A stretch of DNA of 63,978 nucleotides, the filler included, from Octopus bimaculoides (lineage: Eukaryota): the NCBI RefSeq assembly GCF_001194135.2. It is 5 parts of 5 records of this genome, joined end to end, with 100 filler letters (N's around TTAATTAATTAA, not from the genome) between each part and the next. Parts side by side here need not be neighbours in the genome. Positions count along the whole stretch, not along the records: positions 26,430 to 42,802 come from NC_068983.1; positions 42,903 to 52,010 come from NC_068984.1; positions 52,111 to 61,920 come from NC_068990.1; 2 more parts are not named here. The stretch is one strand, 5' to 3'. Both the position numbers and the translations under genes were made by a program. Numbering within the stretch: position 1 is the first letter of the stretch; each line of letters opens with the position of its first letter. Below are positions 40,821-54,179 of this stretch, in pieces. Under the pieces are notes generated by a model. It searched no databases, was not told the origin of the DNA, and saw only the letters and a program-made list of their open reading frames with translations.

Positions 40821-41160
40821 NNNNNNNNNNNNNNNNNNNNNNNNNNNNNNNNNNNNNNNNNNNNNNNNNNNNNNNNNNNNNNNNNNNNNNNNNNNNNNNN
40901 NNNNNNNNNNNNNNNNNNNNNNNNNNNNNNNNNNNNNNNNNNNNNNNNNNNNNNNNNNNNNNNNNNNNNNNNNNNNNNNNNNNNNNNNNNNNNNNNNNNN
41001 NNNNNNNNNNNNNNNNNNNNNNNNNNNNNNNNNNNNNNNNNNNNNNNNNNNNNNNNNNNNNNNNNNNNTATATATATGTATGTATGTATGTATACAGTGT
41101 AATTTTTCCATCAATTCTCATTCATTTTATATATCAAATTTTTTTCATCATGACGATATA

Positions 41161-42022
41161 CTAGGTGCATAACGGAAGTCTTGAAACATTTTCAAAACAG
41201 AAAATTATTAAACTTGAACAATCACAAAATTCTCATCTCCTTCAAGGTTGGATACACTGACTTCAAAGCACATGCAACGCTTCATCTACTTTGTGAAAAC
41301 TCTACGAATGTCTTCCATAGTGAAAGTGCCGAGGACACTTGACAAGGCCTCCTCCATCTTCTCTTTCTGCTTGGGGAGCAACCTAAATTACAGGGAGCAA
41401 GCTCTGGACATTAGGGACGTGTGGGATAGTTTTGAGGCGATCCCTGTCAAGCAGTTGCATGTCAGGATGGCATTTTGGATAGATGCATTGGCATTTTGCT
41501 CCAGCATTTGGCGATGAAATCGCTTCATGAACTTCCTCCAAATCTCCACAAAATAATCTTTGTTGACCATCTGATCAATAGGAAAGCAATAGGTGATAAC
41601 AACGATGCCCTTGCTATTGGAAAAAAGTGTCTTTACAATATTACTGGTGGCCTTGCTTTGCCTAGCTTCTTATATCAGCGAAAAACGTGCTTGGCTCATA
41701 CAAGTTAATCCATAAGCCATCTCGAGTATATTATAAGTTTCTGTAGTGTCCTAGCCCAGTTTAACACCCAAAATGTATTGCATAGCGATATTCAAATCTG
41801 TCTTCACGTCCCGACTGCTTTCTGCAAACTTGCCGACTATGACAAGTAGGTTTTAGTACGGTGTGCTTCAAAGTCCTATTGCAGCTGTCTCTTTAAATCT
41901 GTCATATCATTACATCTAATATACTTCTAAAAAGTCGGTCAGCTTATATTTGCAGTAGAATCACAATAGTTTATAGTAGTTATAACTGCTAAAACAGTCT
42001 CAAAACTTCTGAATGCATTTCA
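41161..42022 (-). mobile_element. Decayed mariner transposon
   Basis: Catalytic-domain remnants (VNKDYFVEIWRKFMKRF; C-terminal ...EDIRRVFTK*MKRCMC), TA-flanked degenerate TIRs. Confidence 0.75.
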
Positions 42023-42304
42023 TACTTTTATACACAAAATGCACATATCTAAAATGATAGACGCTATATACAAGCTCATGTATGCATGTATTTGTCTCCT
42101 CATTGATGGTGCATACTCATCGATGAAGATCAATACTGAAGATAAATAAATATCGGTTATGACATTGGCAATCAATTCCGTGCATGTACATTTATTGCTG
42201 ATGTACACACATATATATACACACACATTTATATAATATATGCATGCATAATATGTATTATCTGTACACACACGCATATATATACATATATAAATAATTA
42301 TATG

Positions 42305-42380
<76 letters not shown>

Positions 42381-42558
42381 TATATATATACACGCACATG
42401 CAAATATATATATATGTAAAATGTACACACATATATATACACACACATTTATATAATATATGCATGCATAATTTGTATTATCTGTACACACACGCATATA
42501 TATATATATAAATAATTATATGTATATATATATATACATACATATATGTATGCATATG

Positions 42559-42592
<34 letters not shown>

Positions 42593-42639
42593 AAGAATTT
42601 AAGGAATGGAGAAAACGCATGTTATAATTGTATATTTTA

Positions 42640-42723
42640 TTCCTACATATGTTTCAAAGGTTTACAACCTATGTGATCCATAGGGATCTTTGATATTAAA
42701 ATTGTAACCTTCTGATCAGGGAA
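42640..42723 (-). ncRNA. Hammerhead ribozyme motif with G8C core substitution (probably inactive)
   Basis: - strand UUCC CUGAUCA GAAGGUUACAA...(CCUAUG/CAUAGG hairpin)...UUGUAAACCUUU GAAAC AUAU GUA^GGAA: perfect 4-bp stem I, long stem II, palindromic stem III. Confidence 0.6.
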
Positions 42724-42902
42724 AGCATGGGATTCATCTTAAACGTAAGACATTATGACCGATTATGAAAACAATAGATGGATAAGGTTATGACTTGATT
42801 CANNNNNNNNNNNNNNNNNNNNNNNNNNNNNNNNNNNNNNNNNNNNTTAATTAATTAANNNNNNNNNNNNNNNNNNNNNNNNNNNNNNNNNNNNNNNNNN
42901 NN

Positions 42903-43133
42903 CCTGGAAAATGCCACATGAAATTCTTACATCTCCAGCATTTAGAGATTCATTGTCATTGTTCAACATCAGTGTGGTTCTCCATGATCTCATACTTACA
43001 GATAAAAAGTTTCGCAGAGTAGGAGCTATTTTATACATTTCCAGACATTTCCTAATCCAGCTATGTGGTAGGCTATCAAAGGCCTTTTTATAGTCTATCC
43101 AGGCTATTGACAAGTTTTTGTGTCGCTTGTGAC
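42903..43133 (-). mobile_element. R4/Dong-like LINE RT fragment
   Basis: SIAWIDYKKAFDSLPHSWIRKCLEMYKI...RISCGIFQ, running into a gap. Confidence 0.85.
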
Positions 43134-43156
43134 ATATTATTATTATTATTATTAAA

Positions 43157-43214
<58 letters not shown>

Positions 43215-43535
43215 TAAAACGTCGCACACTATCCAATATCGTGATCTGCTTGATTGAAGATATTGTCAAGTCACAACAACGACCTCAAACGGATAGTACT
43301 TCAGGCAATATACGTAATGCCGATTTTTGCATGACACCTAGATTGTAGGGTATTTCTAAAGTTTCCAGATGTTTCTTCAGATTGGGTGGTATTGAACCCA
43401 ATGCTCTGATGACAACAGCGACAACCTTTATGTTTGACTCTCGTAGCTGCCACATCTTAGCGATCTCAATTCTCAGGTCTCCATATTTATCAATCTCTTG
43501 AATGCCTTTCCAGTACAGTAACGAAGACTGCAAGG
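43134..43535 (-). mobile_element. 3' end of R4/Dong-like LINE (RLE C-terminus, short 3'UTR, (TAA)n tail)
   Basis: IDKYGDLRIEIAKMWQL...KVVAVVIRALGSIPPNLKKHLETL...MQKSAL, followed by a ~80 bp (TAA)n tail (43134-43215). Confidence 0.85.
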
Positions 43536-45606
43536 ATCTGCACTGCTTTAATTAACAGTAAACGGAGTTGAAAATAGAAATGGTTGCAGCAGTGATAAAA
43601 ACAACAGTGAAAGCAGCAATAACAACAGCAGTAACAAGAGCAAGTGCAACATTTATCAAAACCAGTATAAAGTCACGACAATAGAATGCACTGACTTGTT
43701 TTTCCCCATCATCTTCGAATTTCTTCAATTTTTCCAAACTGTCTTTAAATGATGAAGCAACAGAGGAGTAGATTAGGTTCCAGAAAACCGTAATCGCCAG
43801 AAATATGTAAAAAAATAAATATCTCGTGAAGATTACACCAGATGTTAGCAAATACAAAATTTCCATATGACGTGGAAAATTTCATTGTAAAAATGGTCTG
43901 TGCAATACTACAGGGGACTTTAGGAGAACTCCGAAAACTGGTCTCTGTTGAGCCATTTTGTATGTAGGACCTAAATACAGAGAGTCTGTGGCATAAATGC
44001 GCATGACCTGAAATCGACTAGAATCGAATTGCTTACTTAACGATCACAGGTCACTCGGCTTAGATATAACCATATGCAAGACTAGGATTGTCAAGACATT
44101 TGCACACATGTTTCTTGATGGGTCAAGTGGAGTGGCAGTACTGTTTGATAGAGGTGTGGATCTTGAGGAACGGATGATATTCCTCGACTCGATGCAAATC
44201 GGTGACTGCGAATGTGAGTATACGCGTGGGTGTATGCACCCAAGAAACCTGCTCTGGGAGTTCCAAATGCCTTATTACCTGATGACTATTTCTGGAATGT
44301 GTCAATGTGAACAAACAACATCAGATCACTTAAATTGTATTTAAATAGAATACTTGTTAGGTGAGTGAATAAGTACAACTTAATGTGTGCATGACTTTAA
44401 CTAATCAGTTACACAAACCGCATGTTTGCAAGCTATACAGGCAATTGAGTAGGATAGCTATCTACTCGAAGAAGCTCCAAGTTGAATAATTCGATGTTCC
44501 GGGCTCAGAAAGCTTTTATTGAAGGGATTAGAAGAGAAGTTAAACTAGAATAGATGGACGTAGGAGATTGTCAACAATCAGAAGTGAGTCTCATTGAAGG
44601 AAGCCATAAGAGTAGAATCGCAAAGAAGTAGCGAAAACATTTTGAGATATTTCTCTTCGAATTTTTACACGGTAAGTTCAAAACCCGCCAAGACACTTGC
44701 TGCCTTTTCAAAGGCAATAAATTATCTCTCCCCCATCTACTAATTTCTGCTCAAGCATCTGTGGGCCTCACATCGGAACTTCTGGCCTGGCGCTATTTTA
44801 ACAAATCTTAATTATGACTTCATTAGGCTACCAATATCTAATAACACGTGTCATTCTGTAACCGCCCTAATAATGTATTCTTTTATATATCAAACTAGCA
44901 ATTGAGTCACTCATTCAACTAAAAATAACTATCACTTCTCCATCAAACCCCTACATATTGTTTTAAAAAGAAGGATTCATTGGGTAATGAATCCTCTGGT
45001 ATAAAAGGCAGTATTGACATAACTGAAATGCTTTTGATCACAGATCTTTTGTTGAGTGTTCAGGAAATAAAGAACAACATGTCTAGTGAAGCTTACGTAG
45101 GCAATTTTTGCCAAGCAATCCATTACTGTATTTTGGTTCATTATTCTAACTTACCTTTAGAGGTTCCGAGAGCAAAACCTCCTTAGTCACAAGAGTGTTC
45201 AGATTGAACAGAAGACAGATATTCTGTCAACCTAAATTAGGGCCAAAACAAAAGAATCTCCTTTTTCAACAGTTCTGAATAAATGTTATTGAATACTGAT
45301 ATTCCTGGATATAGTAACAACAAAATATACTGGCCAATTATCTGAGTATTATTATGGTGTGCTTTCCTTTTCAAGATCCCATGATTCTGAAACGAAAAAA
45401 TAGCAAGTCTGTTTTTCACAGCTGTTTTTAATCTATTTCAAGTTTTGTTTATTACGTTTAAAAAAAAAAAAATGCAAACTGATTAAGGACGTTGAACTGC
45501 GGCGACAATCTGGAGTATATCTGATTGATATTACGTCTGATACCTCTGCAGCTGCTGCTGAAACTACTACTGTTGTATTAGCAGTTGTTATTGTTATTGT
45601 TGCTGT

Positions 45607-45647
<41 letters not shown>

Positions 45648-48391
45648 ATAATAATAATAATAATAATAATCGTTTCTGATTTAGGCACAAGGTCAGTGAT
45701 TTTGAGGCGACGAGTTAGACGATGCCATCGACCCCAGTACTTGATCGATACTTTATTTTATTGACCCTCAAAGAATGAAAAACAAAGTTGACCCAAGTGA
45801 GACTTGAACTCGGAAAGAAAAGGGCTGCAACTATGCCAGAACATTTTCTCCGACACTCTAACGTTTCTGGTTCTCCACTTCCAGACTTAACAACAACAAA
45901 ATCAATAATCCTAGTTCAACTTTGCCATTCATTCATCCAGAATCAATAAAGTAGCAGTCACATACTGCGCCAATGGTAATAACAAACTCTGTCCCCTCAA
46001 AACTGCTGGCTTTGTGCTTAACTTAGAAATCATTATTACAATTACCGGTTTTTAAAGAAAATTTTTGAAGGAAGATTTTTAAAAGAAAATGCTTTTCTTT
46101 TACATTCAAGAAAAAAGCAGAGGAATGAAGTGAATAGATTAGTTTTGACTTTTATTGTGCTTCTGGGAGCAAATTCCTAAAGTGGTTGAAGTATAACTCT
46201 TCAATTTACATGTCACCAATCTAGAAGTCTACATATAAACAAAAGTAGAAAAAATGAAAAGTGGGTAAATTTTCAGTAAAATTGTTAGAATCTGCTGTTT
46301 CTCATTTCATACAGTTTTAAAAATTTAATTGGTTAACGCTAAGCACAACAACATTCAAAAGGCTTTATACACCAAAACTGAAATACTTTTACATTTATTC
46401 AATTTTCTTCCAGGATCAACAAAAGTAAACGGACTCATTTCAAAATCATTTATGATAAAATTTTCCACTTACATTTTCTTAAACAGTTAAAGGAAAATAT
46501 GAAAATCCCTGACAAAAATGAACACATTCATCTTCAGTAGCAGCCATTGTAGGTCATGAATCCATAGCTCAAGCTTATTAATATTTATTTAAAGATCGAC
46601 TTGCATGTAGGAATAGTAGAGCGGTGGATTAAATTTACTATGAGTTATGAATGGAGGAGGAAATTACGTGTTCTGCATGAAAAAATAGTTAAGTGGTTGC
46701 TACCATAAATATAGTGAGTCAAAATATCTAATCTGATTAAATTCCCACTTATAATGAGAAGAAAAATCCATTAACTCAGATTAATTCTGGTCCAGAAAGG
46801 TAGAGAAGACAATTCTGAGTATGAATTAATTACTTATCATTGCGTGTCTGCATTGAGTTTTAATTCCTAAAATCTTAGAGTTGCTTCCCATGTGTTTCTT
46901 GACCAGAATTAATCATTGTTATTTCCTCTTTCACTACCAGTGTAATTTTAACTAATCAAAGTTTTGGAATCACTTGATTAAGTTTGCTAGCATCTACCAT
47001 TAGAAGCATCTTCTGAAACATATTCAACAACAATATTAGTAGAAGTAGTAGCAGCAACGACAGTAACAACGAATTGGAATGCAAAGGAATATTTGATATG
47101 CCTAGGGATATTTCTGCCGAAAGCATGGTAAGTGCAAAATATATTCGGAAAGTATTTCTAATGTAACAGTAATTATTCCTAACACAAGCAGATGGTCTAT
47201 AATATGGGGAAAGGCAAAATCGATTATGTAGACGTCAGTACTTATCTGGCATTTTATTTCATCGACCAAGGTGGGATGGAAGGCAAAGTTGATCTCGACA
47301 GGAGTTCAACTTAGAATTTGAAGAGCCGCTAGGTATTCTTTCCAAAGTTCTAACGATTTTACAAAGCCACCAGCCTTAGATTTAGAAATAAACGTTGTTA
47401 ATTAACATCATTCTTCAACTCAACAAGCTCTGTCGTATGATGACTAATGAATGAGATAGAAAATAATGTGAAAGATTCATCGTCATTAGGGGTACATTTA
47501 ACAGCAACTCAGACTATGTCATGCTCCCTAAAATTATCTACTAAGGAGTATATTGTCCTATATTAACGAATATGATGAACTGCGCAAATGGAGTCCCATA
47601 AACACAGAAATAGACTATGCATGAGCGCTGTAATTTGGTGCATTAAGTTCGTTTATAAATTATGTTTATAAACATATTTAATATTAAGTTCCAGAATATT
47701 GTGTTCATAAATAGTACAGAAAATGTGTAATACATTAAGAACAGACTATTAATAGATTCGAAAATGAAACAGTAATACTAAGATAACAACCAAGCTAGAT
47801 GGCCCCTACAGATTCTGGAACGCTGTCACAACTGGATGTGTTTTGTTGCCGTTCCCAAACTAAGTTGGCTGGCGACAGAGATAAGTAGGAAGTTGGGACA
47901 TAAACAAAGACTGAATCTTAAAGGCTTATATTTGCTGCTTAAGACCTATATTTTCATATCCAGCACTGATGACGATAATAATAATGAGAAGGAGGAGGAG
48001 GAGACGAAGGTCTAGGAGAAGGAGAGAGGAAAGAGCTTGGGATGGTGATATAATTGGTTATAATTCTATTTGAAAGTAGGAAATTAATAAATAGTAGGCG
48101 TTAGCAGAATTTTGACATTAGAAATTGTTGAGAATTAAACCGAACTAAACAACTGGGTGTATAAATTAGAATTTTATGAACTAACACTTGACATCTCGTG
48201 GTTGAAAAAAGAACATTACAAATGAAAACGAACATTTATACTTATCTTGATGGGAAACTTTCAAAAGGCGTTTCTCAGTTTCTGCGATAAAATTGGTATG
48301 TGATTTAGAAATCTTTTTGTTTTCATCCATCAAATAACTTAACAATTTGGACCCTGAAAGTAGATATTGTTTGGCAAAAAAACAAAAAAAC

Positions 48392-48422
<31 letters not shown>

Positions 48423-49773
48423 GCCAACCAGAAATATGTTTTTATCAAGATATTTTATTTTTTGCTGTAAGAATAATTATGGAATCTTTTATGTTTACGA
48501 TGAAATATTTTAAAGCATAATGAGTTTTGGAACACTCTACAAACTGTTGCAATCATACTGCCGGTATTGGTCACATGATCTTAGGAGTACTAGTGTTAAA
48601 ACAATTAAGAAAACTGAGTGTAGTAATGGAAGTCGATTGTGCCATCATATATAACGAATATAATATCGTAAATCAAAACTATATGACAAATTTCAAATCG
48701 TTATTTTTATTATTTCTGGGGTAATTAGAGGAAGATTAGCATGTTATATCTAGAAGGTCAGCAACCACGCAAAATTTACGTCGTTTCAAATGTTATTTCG
48801 AGAAGTGCTTATACAGAGAGAACGTCTTCACCTCGATCACTGGAGCTAGATGTTAATTAGAAACTTTCATTCTGATCTGAAACCTCAACAGCTTTCTTGG
48901 AGAGAGCTCTTGAAACAGTTACAGACTAAACATTTTCCATTCTCTTGACTGCCCGATGAAGGTGTTACTGTTGTTTTACCTCAGACTTAAGATGAAAAGA
49001 TGAAAGGCGTTCTACCCATGGTCATCTCATCCCCTTGTCACTCAAGAATTTCACAGTCCAATATGCATTTTCTTTCATTTTGAAAGGTGGTAGCATGAGG
49101 TTTGAAGGGAATTTTGGTTTTGATAAATTGATGCTAGTTCTTTAGCTGAAAACAATCACTTTTTGACTATCAAACGATAACGCAAGGCGAGCTCAGTCCA
49201 CGTGTAATCATTACATCGTTACTTAATAATGTCATGGATTCCCGCTCAAAATGTTTCTTAATTCTCGTATAAATTGTTTGTTAACTTGTTTTTGTAATAA
49301 AACCTCATAAATAGTAGATAATGGAGAACTTGATCGCCCAAAAGTACAGACCTACATTTTCCTGCGCTATAGCACACGTAGCGAGCCAAGTCTGAAACCC
49401 AGGTTTGTTGTCCTATCTTAGCAATTACAATTTCTGCCAGTAAGGTGTGGGGCGATTATGCCTTGGGAAAACCATGATATGGACGCTTTTTGTTGATGTT
49501 TAGCCCCCAGGTCTATCCTGACTGAGTAGACCTGTTGTCAAAGGTATTACAACCTCACGTTTTGTATATATAGAAAGTAGGGTGTGATTTGTATGAGATT
49601 TGAATATGTTGAGTGGCCATGTGCAGGTTCCTCTTGTGTGCAGTTTGTTCGATGTAAACTTTTTGCTCGACATCAACGAGCCGTATCAACAGCAGAAATA
49701 TGGCAGTGGCGGCTGGTTTTTTTCTCTCCTTCCATATTTCTGCTTTGTGCGTGTGGTTGGGTGNNNNNNNNNN

Positions 49774-49817
<44 letters not shown>

Positions 49818-49861
49818 CAGAAAGAGAGAGAGGCAGAAAGAGAAAGAGAGAGTAAGATAAG

Positions 49862-49893
<32 letters not shown>

Positions 49894-50519
49894 GGAGTGG
49901 TTGTGCTTAAGGGTTGCAGAGGAGTGGCGTTATCCAATAACTCCAATACAATTATTCTGTCATCAAATAAAGACATATTGGATAAAGTAGTTCGTTTTAA
50001 AATAAAGCTTTAGAAATTAGAGTGTCCAAAGATAAGATTGCTAATAATCCTAAAATCCGCCATCCAATACTAAGTAGAAACGTCACATCACTATCTACTT
50101 CTCACATTTCCTGAAACTTTTAGTGTAAAATTGCAAAAACTTTACTTGCTTCGATAGATAATCATTTCATAAGAAACTACTGTTATAGAAAATTATCAGA
50201 AGCAGTCCCCAATAAATCTACAGAAGTATCACCTCAAGGGAACCCTGATAATGTGTAAATTACCTAAATTAATTGAAGTTAAAACTGCACAACCAGAAAC
50301 ACGAATGCATGTTCCTATAATAAACGCAACGTTGAAACAAGTAGCAGACGCTACTTGCACCAATCCATAGTTAAACATCGTGAGTTAACACCCCTTGGTT
50401 GTGGTAGATTGCAAATGGAGACCACAATATATAGATTAGATTTCTATCCGAATTATAGAAACAAGAAATATAAGATAAGCAATCCAGTTTCAAAGAATTT
50501 GCTGCAGTTTTATCTTTTA

Positions 50520-50781
50520 TCTTTTATCTTTTACTTGTTTCAGTCATTAGACTGCGATCATGCTGGGGCACTGACTTGAAGATTTCTAGTTGAATGAATC
50601 GACATCAGTACTTCTTTGTTTTTTAAGCCTGATACTCTTTTGCCGAAACGTTAAGTTACGGGGACGCAAGCACACCAACACCAGTTGTCAAGCGGTGGTG
50701 AAGGGGACAAACACAGACACAAAGACACTCACATACATACATACATACATACATACATACATACATACACATACACACACA

Positions 50782-50851
<70 letters not shown>

Positions 50852-50995
50852 CGGAGAGGCTTCTTTCAGTTTCCGTCTACCAAAACCACTCACAAGACTT
50901 TGGTCGGCCCAAAACTATAGCAGAAGACACTTGTCCAAGAAGCCACGCAGTGGGAGTGAACCTGGAACCATGTGACTGGGAAGCAAGCATCTTAC
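50520..50995 (-). mobile_element. SINE family C with expanded internal (TACA)n(CA)n(TA)n
   Basis: Both halves of family C flank a ~130 bp compound microsatellite. Confidence 0.8.
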
Positions 50996-51590
50996 CGAAT
51001 ACCTCTGATAATTGAACCCTATATGAAAAGGAGAGTGAAAGGATAAACAGCTGAAAATGTTGAAAAATATAGAGTAAGATCAAGAATTCCTACTAATAAC
51101 AGTGTATGATTATTTCTAGTAAAATGTTAAGAAATGTCCAAAAGTATAATCGTCCATTGTTTCGAAGGTACCTCTCGAAGTAGCGGAATGATAGATCTTT
51201 TTTACGTATCATTCAGATGATTTGCTGACTTATTAATTTTTGAGAATAACGAAATACAACACCTGAAATAATTGCCTCATTTTGTATGGTTTCTATCACA
51301 GACTATCGGTATCAATTGATGTTGTTTAGTGTAGAGTTTCTCAAAGAAAGAAAGAACTGTAAAGACTGAAAGGTGGTGGACAAATTATCAAAACATAGAG
51401 ATCTCACGCAGATATGTTGAAGCTCTAGATGTTTTAGGTTGAGCATCCAGGTTCCACAACCACACAGGGGGCTGCAAGTACAACTGCTTGATATACGTTG
51501 ATTTTCATCACAAGTTTGAAATTTTAGTGGTGCAGAACACAAGATCGGAGATAACACAACAGGCAATGACCCTGCTGATGTGCGCAGTAA

Positions 51591-52010
51591 GAGCCATAAG
51601 GAGAAATGAGACAAGGATGAAAGAGCCATAAGGAGAAATGAGACAAGAATGAAAGAGGCTTAAGGAGAAATGAGACAAGAATGAAAGAGCCATAAGGAAA
51701 AATGAGACAAGGATGAAAGAGCCATAAGGAGAAATGAGACAAGGACGAAAGAGCCATAAGGAGAAATGAGACAATGATGAAAGAGCCATAAGGAGAAATG
51801 AGACAAGGATGAAAGAGGCATAAGGAGAAATGAGACAAGGATGAAAGAGGCATAAGGAGAAATGAAACAAGGATGAAAGAGCCATAAGGAGAAATGAGAC
51901 AAGGATGAAAGAGCCATAAGGAGAAATGAGACAAGGATGAAAGAGGCTTAAGGAGAAATGAGACAAAGATGAAAGAGCCATAAGGAGAAATGAGACAAGG
52001 ATGAAAGAGC
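51591..52010. repeat. 32-bp purine-rich minisatellite, at least 13 copies
   Basis: Unit gagccataaggagaaatgagacaaggatgaaa, starts at 51591 and 51623 etc.; truncated by an N gap. Confidence 0.92.
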
Positions 52011-52804
52011 NNNNNNNNNNNNNNNNNNNNNNNNNNNNNNNNNNNNNNNNNNNNTTAATTAATTAANNNNNNNNNNNNNNNNNNNNNNNNNNNNNNNNNN
52101 NNNNNNNNNNTGTGTGTGTGTGTGTATAAGGAAAATAAGTCATGGTAGAAAATACTAAAATAATTTTATCATAAAAACATTTCAGTACCGGTTTCAGTCA
52201 TTGAGATTTTTTCAACTCTAAGTATGGAAAACTATTAAATTTTGGAAAAATTAAATGAAAAGATTTTTAAAAGAATATTTGCATAGTAATATCTGACTGT
52301 CTCAGTCTCTCTTATATATGAGTTCAGGATTCAAGGGAATCAGGCACTTTAATGGAAAAGTAACGGGTTGTATTAAATAAGTGTTGATTTTGTACATTAC
52401 CAAAGCATAGGAACAGATAGCTACATACCAAAGTATAAACAGATTTTTATTCCAGTCGTACATACGATTAACGGCAACAGACTGAATCTCAAAGCTGCAT
52501 TTAGGAACACACTGCACCAATTGTACTACACTTAATAGACTCTGGATTCACGCTAATAGCAGATTCCAATTAAGGTGAATAATAAATAAAAAAAGCAACA
52601 GATGGATAATAGTTAATTCCCTATAGCTGCTTCTAACAAGCTTTTTTAATGATGAATAGGGATATTACACTATGTGAAAAAAAAAAGACGTTTTCATCTG
52701 GTGAATATACACGAATTACACATTTAGTCTTCTGACTATTACTAGTTAGACAATCATGAATTGGCACAAACCTGTGAGTTTTGAAAAGTTTAAATTGTTA
52801 TTTA

Positions 52805-52877
<73 letters not shown>

Positions 52878-53044
52878 NNNNNNNNNNNNNNNNNNNNNNN
52901 NNNNNNNNNNNNNNNNNNNNNNNNNNNNNNNNNNNNNNNNNNNNNNNNNNNNNNNNNNNNNNNNNNNNNNNNNNNNNNNNNNNNNNNNNNNNNNNNNNNN
53001 NNNNNNNNNNNNNNNNNNNNNNTATATATATATATATATATATA

Positions 53045-54060
53045 TGTCCTTAGTGTTTGTAGAGTGTACGGTGACTTCATAAATGATGGTTTCGGACATG
53101 CAAGCTCCATTTAGATGGTACAAATTTTTATCCCTGCATGAACAGCTGGTTTCATTTTGTTGTTTTTGTGTGTTGTGTGCAATTATATTTTTTAAATTAG
53201 TAGTTGAGCTAAATCTAATTTTTAGGTCATGCCTATTGAAGCGCTTCCTGTAATTATGATTGATTGGAAAATGCCTATCTATAAGTGATAAGAAATATTT
53301 ACCTATATTAAAGGTCACTTCGTGTGAGTAAGGGGGCGTGAACCAGATAGTTTTCCTCTTCCTATGTTTCCTTTTCTTTATTTCTGGATTGGTAACAGGT
53401 GTATAGGTTATTTCCTCGCTAAATCCACTATCTTTTAGAGCTTTATTATATATTGTAGCAACGCTATTAAAAATGTTCCTATTGGAGGAGTGGCTAGAAA
53501 TTATCTTGCTAATGATTTTAACTAAATTTTTAAATACTATGGGGGGATGGTAGGAACCTACATTAATATAACTAAGTCTATCGTTGGGCTTTCTAGAGGG
53601 CTTGTAAATATTCTTATTTAAATCTAAGGATACATCTAGGAATTTGACAACCGGCTGTAGTTATGCTAAGACCGAAAGTTTTCATCATTTGGATAATGCC
53701 CTTCCTAAGCCGATCTTGTGCTGGTTCATTGGTATTTGTGGTTACAGCTAGGGAATCATCTTTGTAAATGGCGAAATATACACCAAGAAAAGTCTTGCCC
53801 AACGTATCGAGTAGGAATAGTCCAATGAAGTCGCATATGCTTGCTCCATCATATGACCCCATGTTCACATTGAAAGCACCCTCTGTATCGATAGTCTTGA
53901 CCCACTCTGCGCTTTCAGTGAAGAGTAAAGTCTTTCTAGCATGGAAGATTATGTCTTTATCTTGTGAACAAATTTCTATAAATTCTCTTGCGAAGGTGAA
54001 GGCTTTATCTAGCAGTTCCTTAGAGATAGAGGCATAGAAATCAGCAATATCGAATCGGTA
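53045..54060 (-). mobile_element. Penelope-like element family 1 (RT, thumb and start of C-terminal GIY-YIG endonuclease), decayed
   Basis: FDIADFYASISKELL...FNVNMGSYDGASIC...IYKDDSL; SLDLNKNIYKPSRKPND; NIGKYFLSLIDRHFP; CSCRDK...LNGACMSETIIYEVTV. Confidence 0.9.
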
Positions 54061-54179
54061 GGTGTGTGTGTGTGTGTGTGTGTGCACGTATATGTTTCAC
54101 GTGAGTGTGAGTGAGCATATGCATATATGCACATGCACGTCGGTGTGCGTGCGCGCATTTGTATGTGCTTGCGCGCATA

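Noticed and set aside
43552-43866. 104-aa ORF resembling a membrane protein
   Set aside because: Hydrophobicity comes from degenerate (GCA/ACA)n and T-rich sequence; only the short internal exon candidate is retained, at low interest.
51528-51586. Phase-2 candidate exon (GAEHKIGDNTTGNDPADVR) as the next ARM exon
   Set aside because: Weak acceptor and no ARM-like sequence; similar phase-2 candidates near 44151, 55448 and 56186 are equally unsupported.
51508-51981. Hydrophobic 136-157 aa ORFs, and a superficial CRISPR-like periodicity
   Set aside because: Reverse translations of the 32-bp minisatellite; units are contiguous with no unique spacers.
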